Positions 1-13,422 of a DNA stretch of 64,000 bases are shown here, piece by piece. Location: positions 4,072,175-4,136,174 of the forward strand of contig NC_068991.1 in the NCBI RefSeq assembly GCF_001194135.2. Direction: 5' to 3'. Under the pieces are notes generated by a model, which saw nothing but the letters and a program-made list of their open reading frames with translations, was not told where the DNA came from and did no database searches. How positions within the stretch are numbered: position 1 is the stretch's first letter; every line of letters begins with the position of its first letter. Position numbers and translations under genes: made by a program. The DNA comes from Octopus bimaculoides (lineage: Eukaryota).

Positions 1-447
1 ACATGTTAACAGTTGTCAAAGGAAGCTGAAATTGCAGCGTGAATGAATCGACTTTAAAAAAATGTGTAATGTCTATTGTCAGAATTAACTGCAAAAACAG
101 ATTCCAAATCTTGGTGTCCTTCATGTTAAAATTTGTCACAAGTAATTTTGTATATACTTATATGAGTCACTTTTACTGTGTTTTTTTTATTTTTTATTCA
201 GATCGGATAAACAGTAATATTTTTCAAGCTTCCTTCTAAACAACGTATTAAAAGGTGAGGTTTTGATATATCCAACGACAGAGAGGGAGAGAGACAGAGA
301 GAGAGAGAAGACAGACTGACAGACAGACAGAGATGAAAAAATGTATATGAAAATAATTTCATCACTCATAGGTGGGTGATAAACAATATTTAAGTTGGAA
401 ATAAACAATATTAAATTCAGCAAAAAAGTGATTTTAAAGTTGAAGTG

Positions 448-494
448 AGAACAATTTATCAGAGGGAGAACAATTTATCAGAGGGAGAACAATA
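448..494. repeat. 19-bp tandem duplication (AGAACAATTTATCAGAGGG, about 2.4 copies)
   Basis: Exact unit at 448-466 and 467-485, partial third copy. Confidence 0.9.
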
Positions 495-508
495 CCCGCC
501 AAAATATC

Positions 509-563
509 GTTATCATCATCATCATCGTCATCGTCATCATCGTCATCGTCATCATCATCATCG

Positions 564-597
<34 letters not shown>

Positions 598-666
598 TAT
601 CATCATCATCATCATTATTATAATTAGTAGCTATACTATTGTTGTTGTTGATAACGATGATGATGT

Positions 667-713
<47 letters not shown>

Positions 714-820
714 ATGATGATGATGAGGAAAGATCTCGATGTTGATGGTATTGTTGGGGAAGTGGATGGTTATGTTGGTATTACATATGATTGTTATTAC
801 TGTTGTTGATGTTGTCATTA

Positions 821-903
<83 letters not shown>
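509..903. repeat. Compound trinucleotide microsatellites (CAT)n, (GAT/GGT)n, (ATT)n
   Basis: Direct reading; these explain the poly-H/I/L ORFs in the track. Confidence 0.95.
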
Positions 904-904
<1 letters not shown>

Positions 905-1625
905 GGCCTGTTTTCACAGTTTTATGATTTACTTCTGTATTTCCTTCCTCTTTTCAGTGTGTTGTGTCTTTGGAGACGTAAACTCGCGTTTGGATACAAA
1001 ACACAAAACATTATTTTTTTGTTTGTCACTTTCCTGTGGAAGATGTTGTTCTGCTTTTGGTATAATCTAATGTGTCCTCTGTTCAGCCGAAAATGTCTGA
1101 TGCCTGTTTTGTTATCCTGCATTGTTCCTGTTGTGGTATCCTCCATGGTTCCTGCTGTGTTATGCTGTGTGGTTCCTGTTGTCTTATCCTGTGTGGTGCC
1201 CGTATCACTGATGGATTTTGTGGCTATGGTGTCGGTCGGAGATTGGGGAAACTACTAATCACGTGGACAGTTATATATCTTTAGTTGGCAGTTGTGTAGT
1301 ATATCAGCTCTATACCCTGTTGGCGTTATAATGTCAGCTGACAGTGTGTTGGCACAGTCAAGTAGATAGTCATCTTGTAATGTCTGATATTAGTTCTGTG
1401 GCACAATTGGAGAATGAGTTGTATTGGCCAATGTAGGGATGCCTGAATTAGCAATATAATGCGTTAATTTACAGTGCATGTACATGTTGCATACCTGTGT
1501 GGAAAAGTGTTACCAAAAGGACATAGTTCTCCAGACCACGTAATTATTGTTTAGCACGTTTATTTCTTTGGATGGTGTATGAGGTCCTGGGTAGTGAATC
1601 TTTATCTTTGTGCCTGTAATATATT
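904..1625 (-). mobile_element. Highly decayed Penelope-like GIY-YIG region, with internal 24-bp minisatellite
   Basis: Minus-strand translation NALYC*FRHPYIGQY...ELISDI...QHTVS*HYN (HPYIGQY at 1441-1421) resembles the PLE GIY-YIG order YIGQT..EH.SDI..VS.HFN; ends in (AAT)n; many stops. Confidence 0.4.
1100..1206. repeat. Degenerate 24-bp minisatellite, about 4.4 copies
   Basis: Units start at 1100, 1124, 1148, 1172, 1196 (GTTCCTG.TGT..TATCCT....G). Confidence 0.85.
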
Positions 1626-1765
1626 TTGCTCTAATCAGCATCATTGTTATCCTGATCACAATCATCGTCATCGTTCTCGTCATCATCATCATCATCATCT
1701 TCATCATCATCATCATCGTCGTTATCATCATCATCATCATCATTATTATTATTATTATTATTATT

Positions 1766-2158
1766 GCCTTTGCACAGCTTCTAATGCTGGAGATGTACTA
1801 CGGCGTTAGCTGTTCACTTCCAGTGAACTAAGGTAACACCTCTTATTTTTCGAGCACCTTCCGGAGTATTCGAGCAGTTCCAAACAGTGCTCTTTTCTGC
1901 AAGTGCTCCACCCTTATTGCAGCCCCTATTTCTTCCACGTACTTCTCGAAGTTTTTGCTCACTCTTCCCAGGGCTCCAACAATTATTGGTACTACTACCA
2001 ACTTTTTCATCGACCACAACTGCTTAACTTCCCAAGCTAACCTGTCATATCTCTCGACTTTTCGTTCTTCCTTATCGCATACGTCATTGCGTTGTCAGCT
2101 GGGCATGTTATGTCTATGATCCAACATAGTTTGCTTTTTTTCTCAATTAAGACTCGGA
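1766..2158 (-). mobile_element. 3' end of non-LTR retrotransposon with restriction-like endonuclease (R4/Dong-like), family RLE-1
   Basis: Translation RVLIEKKSKLCWIIDITCPAD/(frameshift)DKEERKVERYDRLAWEVKQLWSMKKLVVVPIIVGALGRVSKNFEKYVEEIGAAIRVEHLQKRALFGTARILRKVLEK* fits the RLE C-terminus; short 3' UTR then (AAT)n; homologous copies at 20061 and 52537. Confidence 0.88.
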
Positions 2159-2159
2159 C

Positions 2160-2280
2160 CCTCGTGGAGCTGTAGGTGTTTTCGCTCAATAAACACTCAC
2201 AACGCCCGGTCTGGTAATCGAAACCGCGATCCTATGACCGTGAGTCCGCTGCTCTAACCATTGGGCCATTGCGCCTCCAC
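2160..2280 (-). mobile_element. tRNA-derived SINE family C, 5' head only
   Basis: A-box-like TGGCCCAATGGTTAG and B-box-like GGTTTCGATTACC; matches the heads at 35251 and 53441. Confidence 0.9.
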
Positions 2281-2754
2281 ACATGTGTGTGTGTATACTT
2301 GAATATATATACATAAACATACTCGCACGCACGCACACATGCACACACTCTCGTACACACGCACACACACGTATACACATGCATATACACAATTTATGTA
2401 TGTGTGTGTAAGTATATGTTTATGTATGCTTGGTTGTATGCGTTCGTGCGTGGACGTTTCTGTGGGCGTGCTTGTCTTTCAGAATGTTATCTGGATTTCA
2501 AATATATCAAATACGCAAATGAAGTATTAATTATGAGACATGGAAACTATATCACAGGCAGAGACATACACAAACATGTGCATTCACACATAAATAAGCA
2601 TATATATATATATATATATATATATNNNNNNNNNNNNNNNNNNNNNNNNNNNNNNNNNNNNNNNNNNNNNNNNNNNNNNNNNNNNNNNNNNNNNNNNNNN
2701 NNNNNNNNNNNNNNNNNNNNNNNNNNNNNNNNNNNNNNNNNNNNNNNNNNNNNN

Positions 2755-2790
<36 letters not shown>

Positions 2791-3213
2791 ATATCCGTTG
2801 CATAATTTACACAACAAACGAAGACACAGCTCGTTATATTCCAATAATGCTAAAACTAAATCAACAACATTATTCAAAGTCTGCAATGAGATAACAAGAT
2901 TTGATAAGACAAAACTTAGGAGACGTACCGGAAAATGTTGGCTTTGATCAAAAGAAGCTGATATTTCGGAGATTTGATATCAGTACAACGTTACAATCAA
3001 ACAATATTCAGAAAGAATTTATGATGTAATTTTGCTGGCTTTCGGAAGAAGTCAGCAAAATATATGTGGCACAATCTGTTGAAAACGATCATACAAACAA
3101 GATGCACAAAAGTTAAATTTACTGACAACAAATTTTACCATTTTGAACAAATTAGAATTACGTCGTTTTTAACACGAACAAATACAGACGCTGTCACGGG
3201 TTTATACATATGT

Positions 3214-3249
<36 letters not shown>

Positions 3250-3309
3250 ATATATATATGTTTACATATATACATATGTATGTATATGTCTGTATACATA
3301 TACGTATGT

Positions 3310-3400
3310 ATGCCATTATTCAGCTTTATTTCAAGATTTCATGCCAATAGAGACAGACTCCTTCGTTGGAATTTCAACATCAACAACAGGGTATTTTTGT
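3310..3400 (-). repeat. Short interspersed repeat (family D)
   Basis: Reverse complement AAAATACCCTGTTGTTGATGTTGAAATTCCAACGAAGG matches 8486-8520. Confidence 0.65.
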
Positions 3401-3618
3401 TTGGTTGTTTCCATGTATGTATGTATGTATGTATGTATGCATGCATGCATGCACGTATGTATATGTACAGATTTGCATGTTTTGTTTTATGTATTTATTC
3501 TCATGCATATAGTTGCATATCTAGACATGGTCATATACATTTAAATGATAAACTTCTGGAAAGTGTTACAGGTTTTCACAGTTCCAGTGATGGATTGGAT
3601 CTGTAGTCTACGAACTAT

Positions 3619-3787
3619 CCAGTCGATTAGATCGACCCCAGTACGCAAATGGTACTTAATTTATCGACCCCGAAAGGATGAAAGGAAAATTGACCTCAGC
3701 GGAATTCGAACTCACAATGTAAAGACAGACAAAATACCGCTAAGCTTTTCGCCCGGCGTGCTAACCACTCTGCCAGCTCGCCGCCTT
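3619..3787 (-). mobile_element. tRNA-derived SINE family B
   Basis: Head AGGCGGCGAGCTGGCAGAG, B-box-like GAGTTCGAATTCC, body TTTCATCCTTTCGGGGTCGATAAATTAAGTACC; highly similar to 37895-38093. Confidence 0.92.
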
Positions 3788-4079
3788 GCCTACAATGAGT
3801 ATTGCCTTATACTCTATATTAGATATTTCTATATTAAATATTACATGTTTTTCTGTACGATATATTTTATGATAAACATAATAGGTATCTTATAATTGCA
3901 AAATGCTTCATTAACTTTGTGTTGCGGTAGGTATATTTCTGCATCAGTGTTGTGTTGATGCATTTTAATTATTCCGATAATATCTCAGCGTCCCCGTCGT
4001 TATATTACATAAATTTCAGTTGAGGAAACTGTAACAGTTAATACTTATTATAGTATCAATATTATTAGCATCTGTCACT

Positions 4080-4730
4080 AATAGCATTTAATTCAGTTTG
4101 CAGTATGAATCTTCTAAGATATTTCTTCCTGCTGTATATTCCAGTCCCTTTAGATTTCCGATTTTTAAGTCTTTTTCGAAGTATCCTGCTCTAATTCTCA
4201 CAAGCATTTGTTCTTTTTGAATTACGTGATTCCGAATTTTTTTCCCCTTCTCTATAAAATGGTCTTGACGTATTTTTTGAAACTGAAGTTGATGCCAATT
4301 TTGTATGCCTTGTATCTGCTTGTTATTGATGACGAATTCCCAGAGAGATTCTTCCCAGAATCAAAGAGAAGCGATCACAGTTAAAAAATGTTCCGGTAAT
4401 GTTTCTTTTGCATTTTTCACAGCCATCTCGCAGATTTAATCTTCAATTACGACATCGTTAAACTGTAACACATATCTACCCTGTATCGTTGTAAACCATT
4501 AGCTAGTAGTTTCTATTCTCCGTTAAGTATTTTTCAGACAAGCCTCTATCATCTGCAATACAACTAATACAAATATTCTGTATGTTGTTGGTAGGAAGGT
4601 TACGGGATTCCTCTTCTCCTCCGTTCTGGTGACAGCGGTGACCAGACGCTTCTCACTGATGATTTTCCCTTGAATGACAGACGACTGTCGTCTGCTACGA
4701 ACGACGTTTATTCTTTTATGCACCAAACGC
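4080..4730 (-). mobile_element. Decayed LINE ORF2 C-terminal region (CCHC-like)
   Basis: One mostly open frame WFTTIQGRYVLQFN...*ICEMAVKNAKETLPEHFLTVIASL*FW resembles the C..C....ET.EHFL..C knuckle of APE-type LINEs; clade not resolved. Confidence 0.45.
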
Positions 4731-5030
4731 CTATATGACAGGATCTCTCACGGCTAATACCGCAATATTCGGTATTATTCTACTTTATTCGGTAAATATC
4801 AACTTTAAGATAGATATGAACATTCTGTTTGGTCTTCCTATTGCTTCCGTAGCTAATGCCTCTTGACAGTCCTGCTCGTTAATTGCAACAACAGTCTCCG
4901 GGATGATGCTGAAAGTCTGTATATAATACCAACGAAATTGGACTGGGATGCAGTGACAGTATATCTTCCACTGAGGATTTCGAGTAGAAGGAAGCCACGT
5001 GATATCGGAATACCGGCGCCTTTCATCTTT

Positions 5031-5132
5031 TCGAGGACCTTTGCCTTTCATCCTTTCGTTCTCGATAAAATAAGTACCAGTTGACTAATGAGGTCGATGT
5101 AATCGACTTATCCCCCCCCCCGAATTGCTGGC
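5031..5132 (+). mobile_element. SINE family B fragment
   Basis: TTGCCTTTCATCCTTTCGTTCTCGATAAAATAAGTACCAG...GGTCGATGTAATCGACT. Confidence 0.85.
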
Positions 5133-5569
5133 TTTCAAAGAAATGTTTTATCTTTAAGTTTTATTAGAATGCTACGTTTAATTCATAGAAGGCATTCGAT
5201 CCAGCTTAATTCTTAATGTGTTTTTCAGTTACAAATTGTAATTCTAAATAGACTTTCCCATTCTAAGACGTTTCCATTCTTATATATTTTCCAGACGTTC
5301 TTATAGATATGAAACTGCGTTCATACTTAGTATGATGTGGTTGATTCTGAAGTTCTGATGTGTGTTTATTAGTAGAAATCTTGTAGTGTCTTATAAGTTG
5401 TTATTTTCCTCTAATTTTGCTTGTGCTAACACTATCGTAACGATCTTACGTTCCCAATGTTTTAAGTTTTAATTTTTAAAAATATTTTCTGTGCAGATAT
5501 TTTCGTTTCGCTTTTTTTTTTTGTTATTAACATTCTCATGCCCTGTAGCTATGTCTGAAATCATTATTT

Positions 5570-5600
<31 letters not shown>

Positions 5601-6780
5601 NNNNNNNNNNNNNNNNNNNNNNNNNNNNNNNNNNNNNNNNNNNNNNNNNTATATATACATATCTTCTCAATTAGCTATTATTATTATGGAATGCTATGTT
5701 ATTTTTAAATGAGAGTTAATTAATCGCCAGATACTTTGCATGATTGCTGCAGTAATTAAGTTCTTTGAAGTAGTGGCCTACTATGAAACTTGTTTTTACT
5801 TCAAATACATAATATTTTTTCAATCTATTGCAACCCTATTCTGTACGTTTTTAAGGACTTGACTTATGATATATAAACAGCAATATTTTGAATACCTACT
5901 AGTATTTTCAGTTCACGTATTATGTCAAATTCCGTTCTCCCAATTTTACTATACAAGTATCGGTTTCAAATAAAACGTTCCTGTTTTAACCCTCACTCAA
6001 GTTCAGTAAGCATTTTACACCTTAAAGAATAACAGACTGTTCTTGTCGCCAATTTATCTTGACCAAAAGATAGTAAGAATAAAGGTGGTTGACGTCTCCA
6101 TGCCAAGCATATCTACTGGCAGCTCATTTTTAAGAAATAGAAAGCAAAACCAATATTCTGCAGTTTCAGTGTTTGCAGAAAAACAGTTGCAAGTGATAAA
6201 AGATGGAGCTATTGATTCAGACAGATAAAGAGTGTGAGGAATCCCAGACCTGGTCAACCTGCCAGTCAGTACATAACTGATTGTGGTTGATGACGACTGA
6301 AAGCTCAAGTGTCACTCGTGGGTGACATAAATCTTGTAGCTTTAGTGAAAGATGTTGTGTGGTGGCTTAAACTAAAAGGGCTGAAGGCAGACAACTTCTC
6401 CTATGACCAAGCACTTATATGCTCTCTTTTAAGTTTCACGTGAAAAATAAGTGAGGGTGGTCATCGTAGTACTGTCTTCCGACAAATTTGTAAAGGTGGC
6501 TAAGTATGGAGAGTATGTTCGAAGTGGAACAGCATATGGTCAGCGTACACTTGTAGATTGAAGAAGGACAAAACGAGGCAGGCGTTTGTTTCGGGATCAA
6601 GACAGCCATAGCTTTGTGATGTTTTCAACATTCGGATGCTTCCCTCTTCTGGGAATTATTGACAGATTGAAATTTATTGTTTCTTTGTAAATATTGATAC
6701 AATTTCTACGGCAGCGAACTGATAGAATCTTTACTGCATCGGAGAAAATGCTTAGCAACATTTCATGTGGTTCTTTACGC

Positions 6781-6910
6781 CGAGATCGACTTTGCCATTC
6801 GGGGCCAATAACAATAATAGCAGCTGAACACAGGAGTTGATGTCATAGATTTTCACTCTTCCTCGAATTCTCCGAAACTGCTGGCCTCGTGCCAAAATTT
6901 TAAATCAGTA
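6781..6910 (+). mobile_element. Degenerate SINE family B fragment
   Basis: CGAGATCGACTTTGCC...CTGCTGGCCTCGTGCCAAAATTT, similar to the B body and tail. Confidence 0.6.
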
Positions 6911-7079
6911 TAAAATACAGATCTTTACGCATTCTCTTTCTTTTCGTGTGTAATCCGTCAGTGTATCACTCCATATAACCGATGGTGAATAAAGAAACCC
7001 TCCCTGGTTATTAAAGAAAGACTTCTTGTCGTTGCTGTTCTTTTCCTTGTCGTACTTGTTTTCCTTCCATCTTGCCCCC

Positions 7080-7165
7080 CCCCGCCTCTTTCTTCTTCTT
7101 CTTCTTCTTCTTCTTCTTCTTCTTCTTCTTCTTCTTCTTCTTNNNNNNNNNNTTCTCCTAATAGC

Positions 7166-7249
<84 letters not shown>

Positions 7250-7330
7250 CATCATCCTCATCATCATCATCATCGTTGTCGTCGCCGCCGTGGTTGCTGT
7301 TGTTGTTGTTGTTGTTGTTGATGATGTTAC
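7080..7330. repeat. Compound (TTC)n/(AAT)n/(ATT)n/(CAT)n/(GTT)n microsatellite
   Basis: Direct reading. Confidence 0.95.
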
Positions 7331-8224
7331 AGCGATATAGTGAATTCCGAATGTGTATCTAAGATAGTACGAAGTCTACTGTCTCTTTCACTCCATTTCT
7401 TTATCCACTTATTTTTAGCCTCATCATCCTCTTCGACTCCTCCTTATCCCTCCCCTCCTCCTCCTAGTCGCTGTCGTCTGCGGCTTCATCATCATCATCA
7501 ATGTCACCATGATGATCAGCAATAACAGACTTAAAATCTCGAACAATTGCAGAGGACAAAAAAAAAAGAAAAACACAGAACGAAACAAAACAGAGCAAAT
7601 GTAATAATTAAAATAAAACAAAAATATAAGATAAAGAAAACCTAAAGCAAATAAGAGGAACAATTACAACAAAAATTTTTTTTTTTTTGGTTTTGTTGCT
7701 GTAATAACAAGAGCATTAATAGGTGTCCACAATTATTGAATGAAATAATAAAACAACGAACGAGATGGTTCTGTCTTCAGATACACCGTGGACATTGATG
7801 AGGACAATGTCACTCATACATACTTACATACATGCATACACACAGAGACACACAGAGACAGGCAGAGACTCACATGCACGCAAGCACACACATACACACA
7901 CACANNNNNNNNNNNNNNNNNNNNNNNNNNNNNNNNNNNNNNNNNNNNNNNNNNNNNNNNNNNNNNNNNNNNNNNNNNNNNNNNNNNNNNNNNNNNNNNN
8001 TATATATAACACTAACCGCAAACACTAGGCAAGGTAACTGTGTAACACGAGAAACTTTGGTATTGAAATCAATCTGTTATGGTTCTTTCATTTTAGAATT
8101 TAAGACAACTGATTCGAAAAAAAGCAGAGACAATTACATTTGTATGATTCCGACATAAACGGTGAAATGACGCCCACACAAAACACATACACAAATAATT
8201 CATACCTACAAACATAAACACATA

Positions 8225-8441
8225 CGAGGGGATGCTGAAAAGTTCCTGGCTTTAAGCGTGTCACGAAAGGTCTGGTTGGAGGCCGAACCTTCCGTGTTCT
8301 TTTCTAGTGCTTTGTAAAACTAAAGGACCGCAGCAATAACTGTGTGAATTTGAGAAGGGAATACGTTGAATAAAATTATAATTAAGGGATCCTCCTGTAT
8401 TTTCTTTTTTCCAAAGTCAGGATCCTTTCGATGCTCTCTCG
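8225..8441 (+). mobile_element. mariner-derived MITE / internal deletion derivative
   Basis: Left end TA|CGAGGGGATGCTGAAAAGTTCCTGGCTTT and an imperfect inverted right end AAAGTCAGGATCCTTTCGATGCTCTCTCG; internal RSNNCVNLRREYVE* (8329-8373) resembles the mariner transposase C-terminus. Confidence 0.75.
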
Positions 8442-8485
8442 TGCATACATGTATACCTACATGCATACATAAATACATACATGCA

Positions 8486-8572
8486 AAAATACCCAGTTGA
8501 TATTGAAATTCCAATGAAGGTGCCTTAAATCTAGGTTAAAAGCCGTCTCTTTCTCTAATGACATACATACGT
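8486..8572 (+). repeat. Short interspersed repeat (family D)
   Basis: Matches the reverse complement of 3310-3400. Confidence 0.65.
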
Positions 8573-8649
8573 GCGTAGATACTTACATACATACATATGA
8601 AGTGATAAGGGAGGTTTGGGTTTCAGATTTGTGCAGACAGATTTCGAAT

Positions 8650-9100
8650 ATCGCATAGAGTCTCTCTCAGGCAGCACTTGCTAAACAGCAGCAGCAAAAA
8701 TAATGCAAAAATAAATACATTAATTTCGTGCCGAAAAGTGAAGAAAACAATATCTTACGTGTTGGAAGTGAGCTCCTCAAGGAGTACTCTCCTCTTGATG
8801 AACTCCCATACAACCACAAATCACCCGGAAAAATGTACCTCAAAGAACTGGAAGTGAAACGCTTAGCATACAAAAACAAAACAATAAAGAAAAGAAATGT
8901 GTATGTTTCTCGTAGACTTGCAGAAGATAGTAACATTGACATGAAGCGAAGCCTCTCTTGGACTTGTGAGCGTTACATCACACTAGGAAGACTATGCATT
9001 TGCATTTCAAGAACAGGAGATTTCTACTAAATATCTAATCAAAAGAGAAAGTGAAGCCACTGGATTTTCTGCGGAAGACATCAAACATGTGATTTGAAGC
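8650..9100 (+). mobile_element. Internal ORF fragment (post-RT thumb region) of an RLE-type non-LTR retrotransposon
   Basis: RVSLRQHLLNSSSK/..PKSEENNILRVGSELL...EDSNIDMKRSLSWTCERYIT/(frameshift)EDYAFAFQEQEISTKYL, the D...S..W...EG...A.QEQ...T motif that precedes the CCHC knuckle in R4/Dong-like elements. Confidence 0.78.
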
Positions 9101-9114
9101 CGTCACCACCTTAA

Positions 9115-9230
9115 TTTTGATCCTTTCGGGGTCGATAAAATAAGTACCAGTTAAACTCTTGCATCGCAGTAATCGACCTACTCCATCTCTTAAAATTGCC
9201 GGCGTTGTGCCAAAATTTGTAACCACTATT
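9115..9230 (+). mobile_element. SINE family B 3' half
   Basis: TCCTTTCGGGGTCGATAAAATAAGTACCAG...AAAATTGCCGGCGTTGTGCCAAAATTTG. Confidence 0.85.
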
Positions 9231-9233
9231 ATC

Positions 9234-9291
<58 letters not shown>

Positions 9292-9373
9292 TATTATTAT
9301 TATTACTATTTTTCTTCTTCTTCTTCTNNNNNNNNNNCTATTTTTCTTCTTCTTCTTCTTCTTCTTCTTCTTC

Positions 9374-9422
<49 letters not shown>

Positions 9423-9722
9423 GTATATATGCATTTATAGGTGCGAGTTTTTGTGTACAAAAGGTGTATGTGCCAGTGTTTGTGGATGTATACGTATCTA
9501 TATTGACAAAACTGAAAATATACCCATTCAATTTACTATTGCGCAATGTTTAAGGTCTTGACATTATTAAATCCCTCCTTAAGTTTTTTCATTCTCAGCC
9601 TCTCAATCTTTCCCTCTTCTTGCGTCGTTAATAAGTTCTCTCTTTGCTTGGATATATGTATGTATGTATGTATGTATGTACGTATGTATGCCTGCATGTA
9701 TGTATGTATGTATGTATGCATG

Positions 9723-9773
<51 letters not shown>

Positions 9774-9780
9774 TTGTCTA

Positions 9781-9834
<54 letters not shown>

Positions 9835-10399
9835 ACTATCAATCTATCTATCTGTAGGTCTGTCAGTCTATCTATCTATCTCACTGTCTTGTTTTTGTTT
9901 TGATATTTTGTCTCCTGCAATCCATCTTGTATTTGTCCTCCTCATATAAATCTACTTCTCTTTCAAGTTTTTTTCACTTACCCTCAATTGCTCTCCGAAA
10001 GTCATGAATAACGCACAATTTCCTCATACAAATTACTACCAACAGCAACAACAACAAATAAATGTATAGCTGTCCTTTTCAAGGCCTGACAAAATATCAC
10101 TTTTATTATTCTTGTTTATATTCTCTCTTTTCCATTACTCAAGCCGACATATTTTATCAATTTGATTTGCCTTTTGAAGCTAATATTCATTTATTCGCAA
10201 TTTTAATCATACGCCATCTTCCTTCAAACTTCGCTTGTTTATATTTATTTGCTTCATTGCCCGCTTATTTATTTTCGTCTTTATCTCTCAGCTATCAATG
10301 CTAGTCATTTCTCTAACAGTTATCAAAGACGGGAGACACTTCATTTCTTCGATTTAATTGGCGAGGTGCAATGTACATACATAGTAAATACATGCATAC

Positions 10400-10487
<88 letters not shown>

Positions 10488-10893
10488 ATACACGCACACA
10501 CAAAATATGTGTACGTATACACACATAAATACACCTACACACATACATATGTATATATATATATCTATCTGCGTGCGTGCGCATGCGTGTGTATGTATGT
10601 GTGTGTGTATGTGTGTGTGTGTGTGTGTATGTGTGTGTAAATTCAAAGAACGCAGAAAAACATATAAATCTTTTTTCTCTCTCCTTTAGCATTCATTAAT
10701 TGGCATAACTAGCGCGGAAAAATCGACAGAATGGAATGAATATTAACATGTTGTATGATAAAAAGATGTGTACACATACACACACACACACACACACATA
10801 CGCACGCACACACTCACAGATACACACATATACATACACATATATTTACAAACTCATAAAAGCATAGAAATTCATGTATGGGTGTGTGTGTGC

Positions 10894-10952
<59 letters not shown>

Positions 10953-11571
10953 CATACATACACATACATACATAATTATATATGTCGAAGCGCACACTTA
11001 CAGACACATATTGATATACGGCCACATATATAGACATGTACATATATATATATATATGATGTATATTTATATATATATATACATATATATATATTTATAT
11101 ATGTATATATATGTACGTATATACATATATATATATATGTACGTACATACATGCATAGATACATTTGGTTTTACACACACAATATATATATGTATGTGTG
11201 TCGGTGTGTGTGTGTGCATGCGTATGTGAGCATGTTTGTGCCTTCCTCTTTAAGTATTTTCTAATTTTCCTATAATATGTGTGTTAAATCTCGGGGTGTG
11301 TATGCAGAATTCGAAATGTAATATCACGTGTCACTGCATCCTAGTTTGCCACGTATAAAACATAAATTTCATTTCCCTCTCGTTCTCAGTATTTATAAAT
11401 GCTGACTATTTGATATACGGGACAACTACGTCATAAAAATCATCGATGGAATCCGTACTACTCCATTAGAACATACACTCATCTTTCCCCCATCACGCTC
11501 GTATGCGTATTAATGCTTTCACATATACTAATGTCCAACAAATGTACCCAGTATTTACACATAATCCTGTA

Positions 11572-11687
<116 letters not shown>

Positions 11688-12144
11688 TATATATATGACG
11701 CACATATGATGGATGAGCCTGGTGTACCCTTATCAGACGGGTATACTGGGCTTCGTATATTTTACCCAAGTGTCAATTTGATGGCATGCACTGCTCTCTG
11801 ACTCAATAATAATATCTTCTACGTTTCCAGATTTCCTCGTTTACTAATTTTGGTAGTTTACTCTCAATCAGATCACTTGGAAAAGTAATTTTTGGTGCAT
11901 TTTAGAGACATTACAGGGCAGCGGTGAGAACCTTTGCTAGTATTTCATGAATCTTGATTTTGCCTATGCTGTGTAGTTTAAATCTGGTTTAGTCCTGATA
12001 TATTATATTAAATATAAGATATTCTTAAGATATTCTAAGATATTCTCTCCGTGACAACAGTATTTCATGCAGACACGATATTAGAGAAATACAACAGCGA
12101 ATATCTCCTTTCTAATCGCGGAAAGGATAAAATACGAGGAAGGA

Positions 12145-12202
12145 TTTTGTTGCTACTTCTAAAACTTCATATATTTTGTTGCTACTTCTAGAAGCTCATA
12201 TA
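12145..12202. repeat. 29-bp tandem duplication
   Basis: TTTTGTTGCTACTTCTAAAACTTCATATA followed by TTTTGTTGCTACTTCTAGAAGCTCATATA. Confidence 0.9.
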
Positions 12203-13351
12203 TCTGTATATCTTTGCAATGTAGACGAATTCAGTAAACACCGGAATATTCTGTTAAGCTGACGAACACATTACTTCCGTACATTGTTTCATAATAACCG
12301 ATACATTATACAGGTGCATGATACACAAATGGAAACACCGTGTTCAAAGCGTTTTCATTATAGGTGATAGCGTATGATCTCATCGCCTGTTTTATTTAAA
12401 ACATCTGTCTTTATCCCTGGAGTATTTTAATTCAATACGTACCAATACTTACGCGCGCAATCTTGTTTATCAGCTACTTAAGCTGTCTTAATTCCTTTGG
12501 TGAACCTGCTCCTTCTTATCGTAATCATATTTCTATAATCATGGAAGATGATTTCATGAAATCTTCATTTGAAGGAGCGTGCTGGCTCGGTATAGGATAA
12601 TCTAATTGCCTCATTACATTTGGTTATATAATTTTGTGAATATGTAAAGCGCTTAGAAATGGTTTTTAGATTCGGTATAACACGTGTAAATTCTTCTCAG
12701 ATGGATTTAAATTGGTCTTCACAATTTAATCTTGACAAAAGTTCAGGAGAAATTTATGAGTTGCAGAAGAAGGTTTCCATTTACGTAATAAAACGCACAC
12801 GTTCGTACACAAGCAGACACAGAAATACGTTCAAACAGAGGCATAAGCAAGCACATACACAATACAGAGATAAATATGGATATATATCATATACGTATCT
12901 ACTACATATGTAGGAAATTCTGTCTATGAGTGTGTTTGTAGAGTTGTTAGCTAACTCTTCCTACATCGTATTATCGATTTTGATGAAACTTCACACGTTT
13001 AGAAATATCATGGCATGCTCAAATTCCTGGAAAAATCGATAGTAGGGCCCCTGGAAGGGATGCTTATATATATGTCTGTATATGTATGTATGTAGGTATG
13101 CATGCATGTGTGTGTGCATATATGCATGTGTGTATGTTTGTGTATGTGTGTGTATGTACGTTAGTATATATATACATATATATACACATAAATATATATA
13201 TAGAAATATAAATATATACATATATGTATATATAGTTATATACATACTATATATGTATATAAATGTATATATATATATGTATGTATATATATATATATTT
13301 ATATTTATATATACATTTATATATGTACATATATATATGTATATATGTATG

Positions 13352-13422
<71 letters not shown>

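Noticed and set aside
2800-3210. Possible GIY-YIG relic (IYVAQS)
   Set aside because: Similarity too weak
6040-6780. Possible LINE AP-endonuclease or PLE remnant
   Set aside because: Probably TE-derived, but candidate motifs pointed to different families and all frames are broken; could not assign
10320-10365. Micro-exon reading [15 protein letters not shown], suggestive of FLRFamide
   Set aside because: No Gly amidation donor or basic cleavage site after FLRF, and the donor GAG|GTGCAA is weak
11340-11392. TATAAAA followed by TCAGT
   Set aside because: 34-nt spacing is off-canonical and both motifs are frequent in AT-rich DNA
11700-11815. Probable retroelement 3' end with AATAAT tail
   Set aside because: Resembles a repeat I recall, but there is only one copy here and no motif to support a call
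12701-12772. Cadherin-like snippet SQFNLDKSSGEIY after an acceptor
   Set aside because: Too short, no other cadherin motifs, poor donor; octopus protocadherin ectodomains lie in large exons
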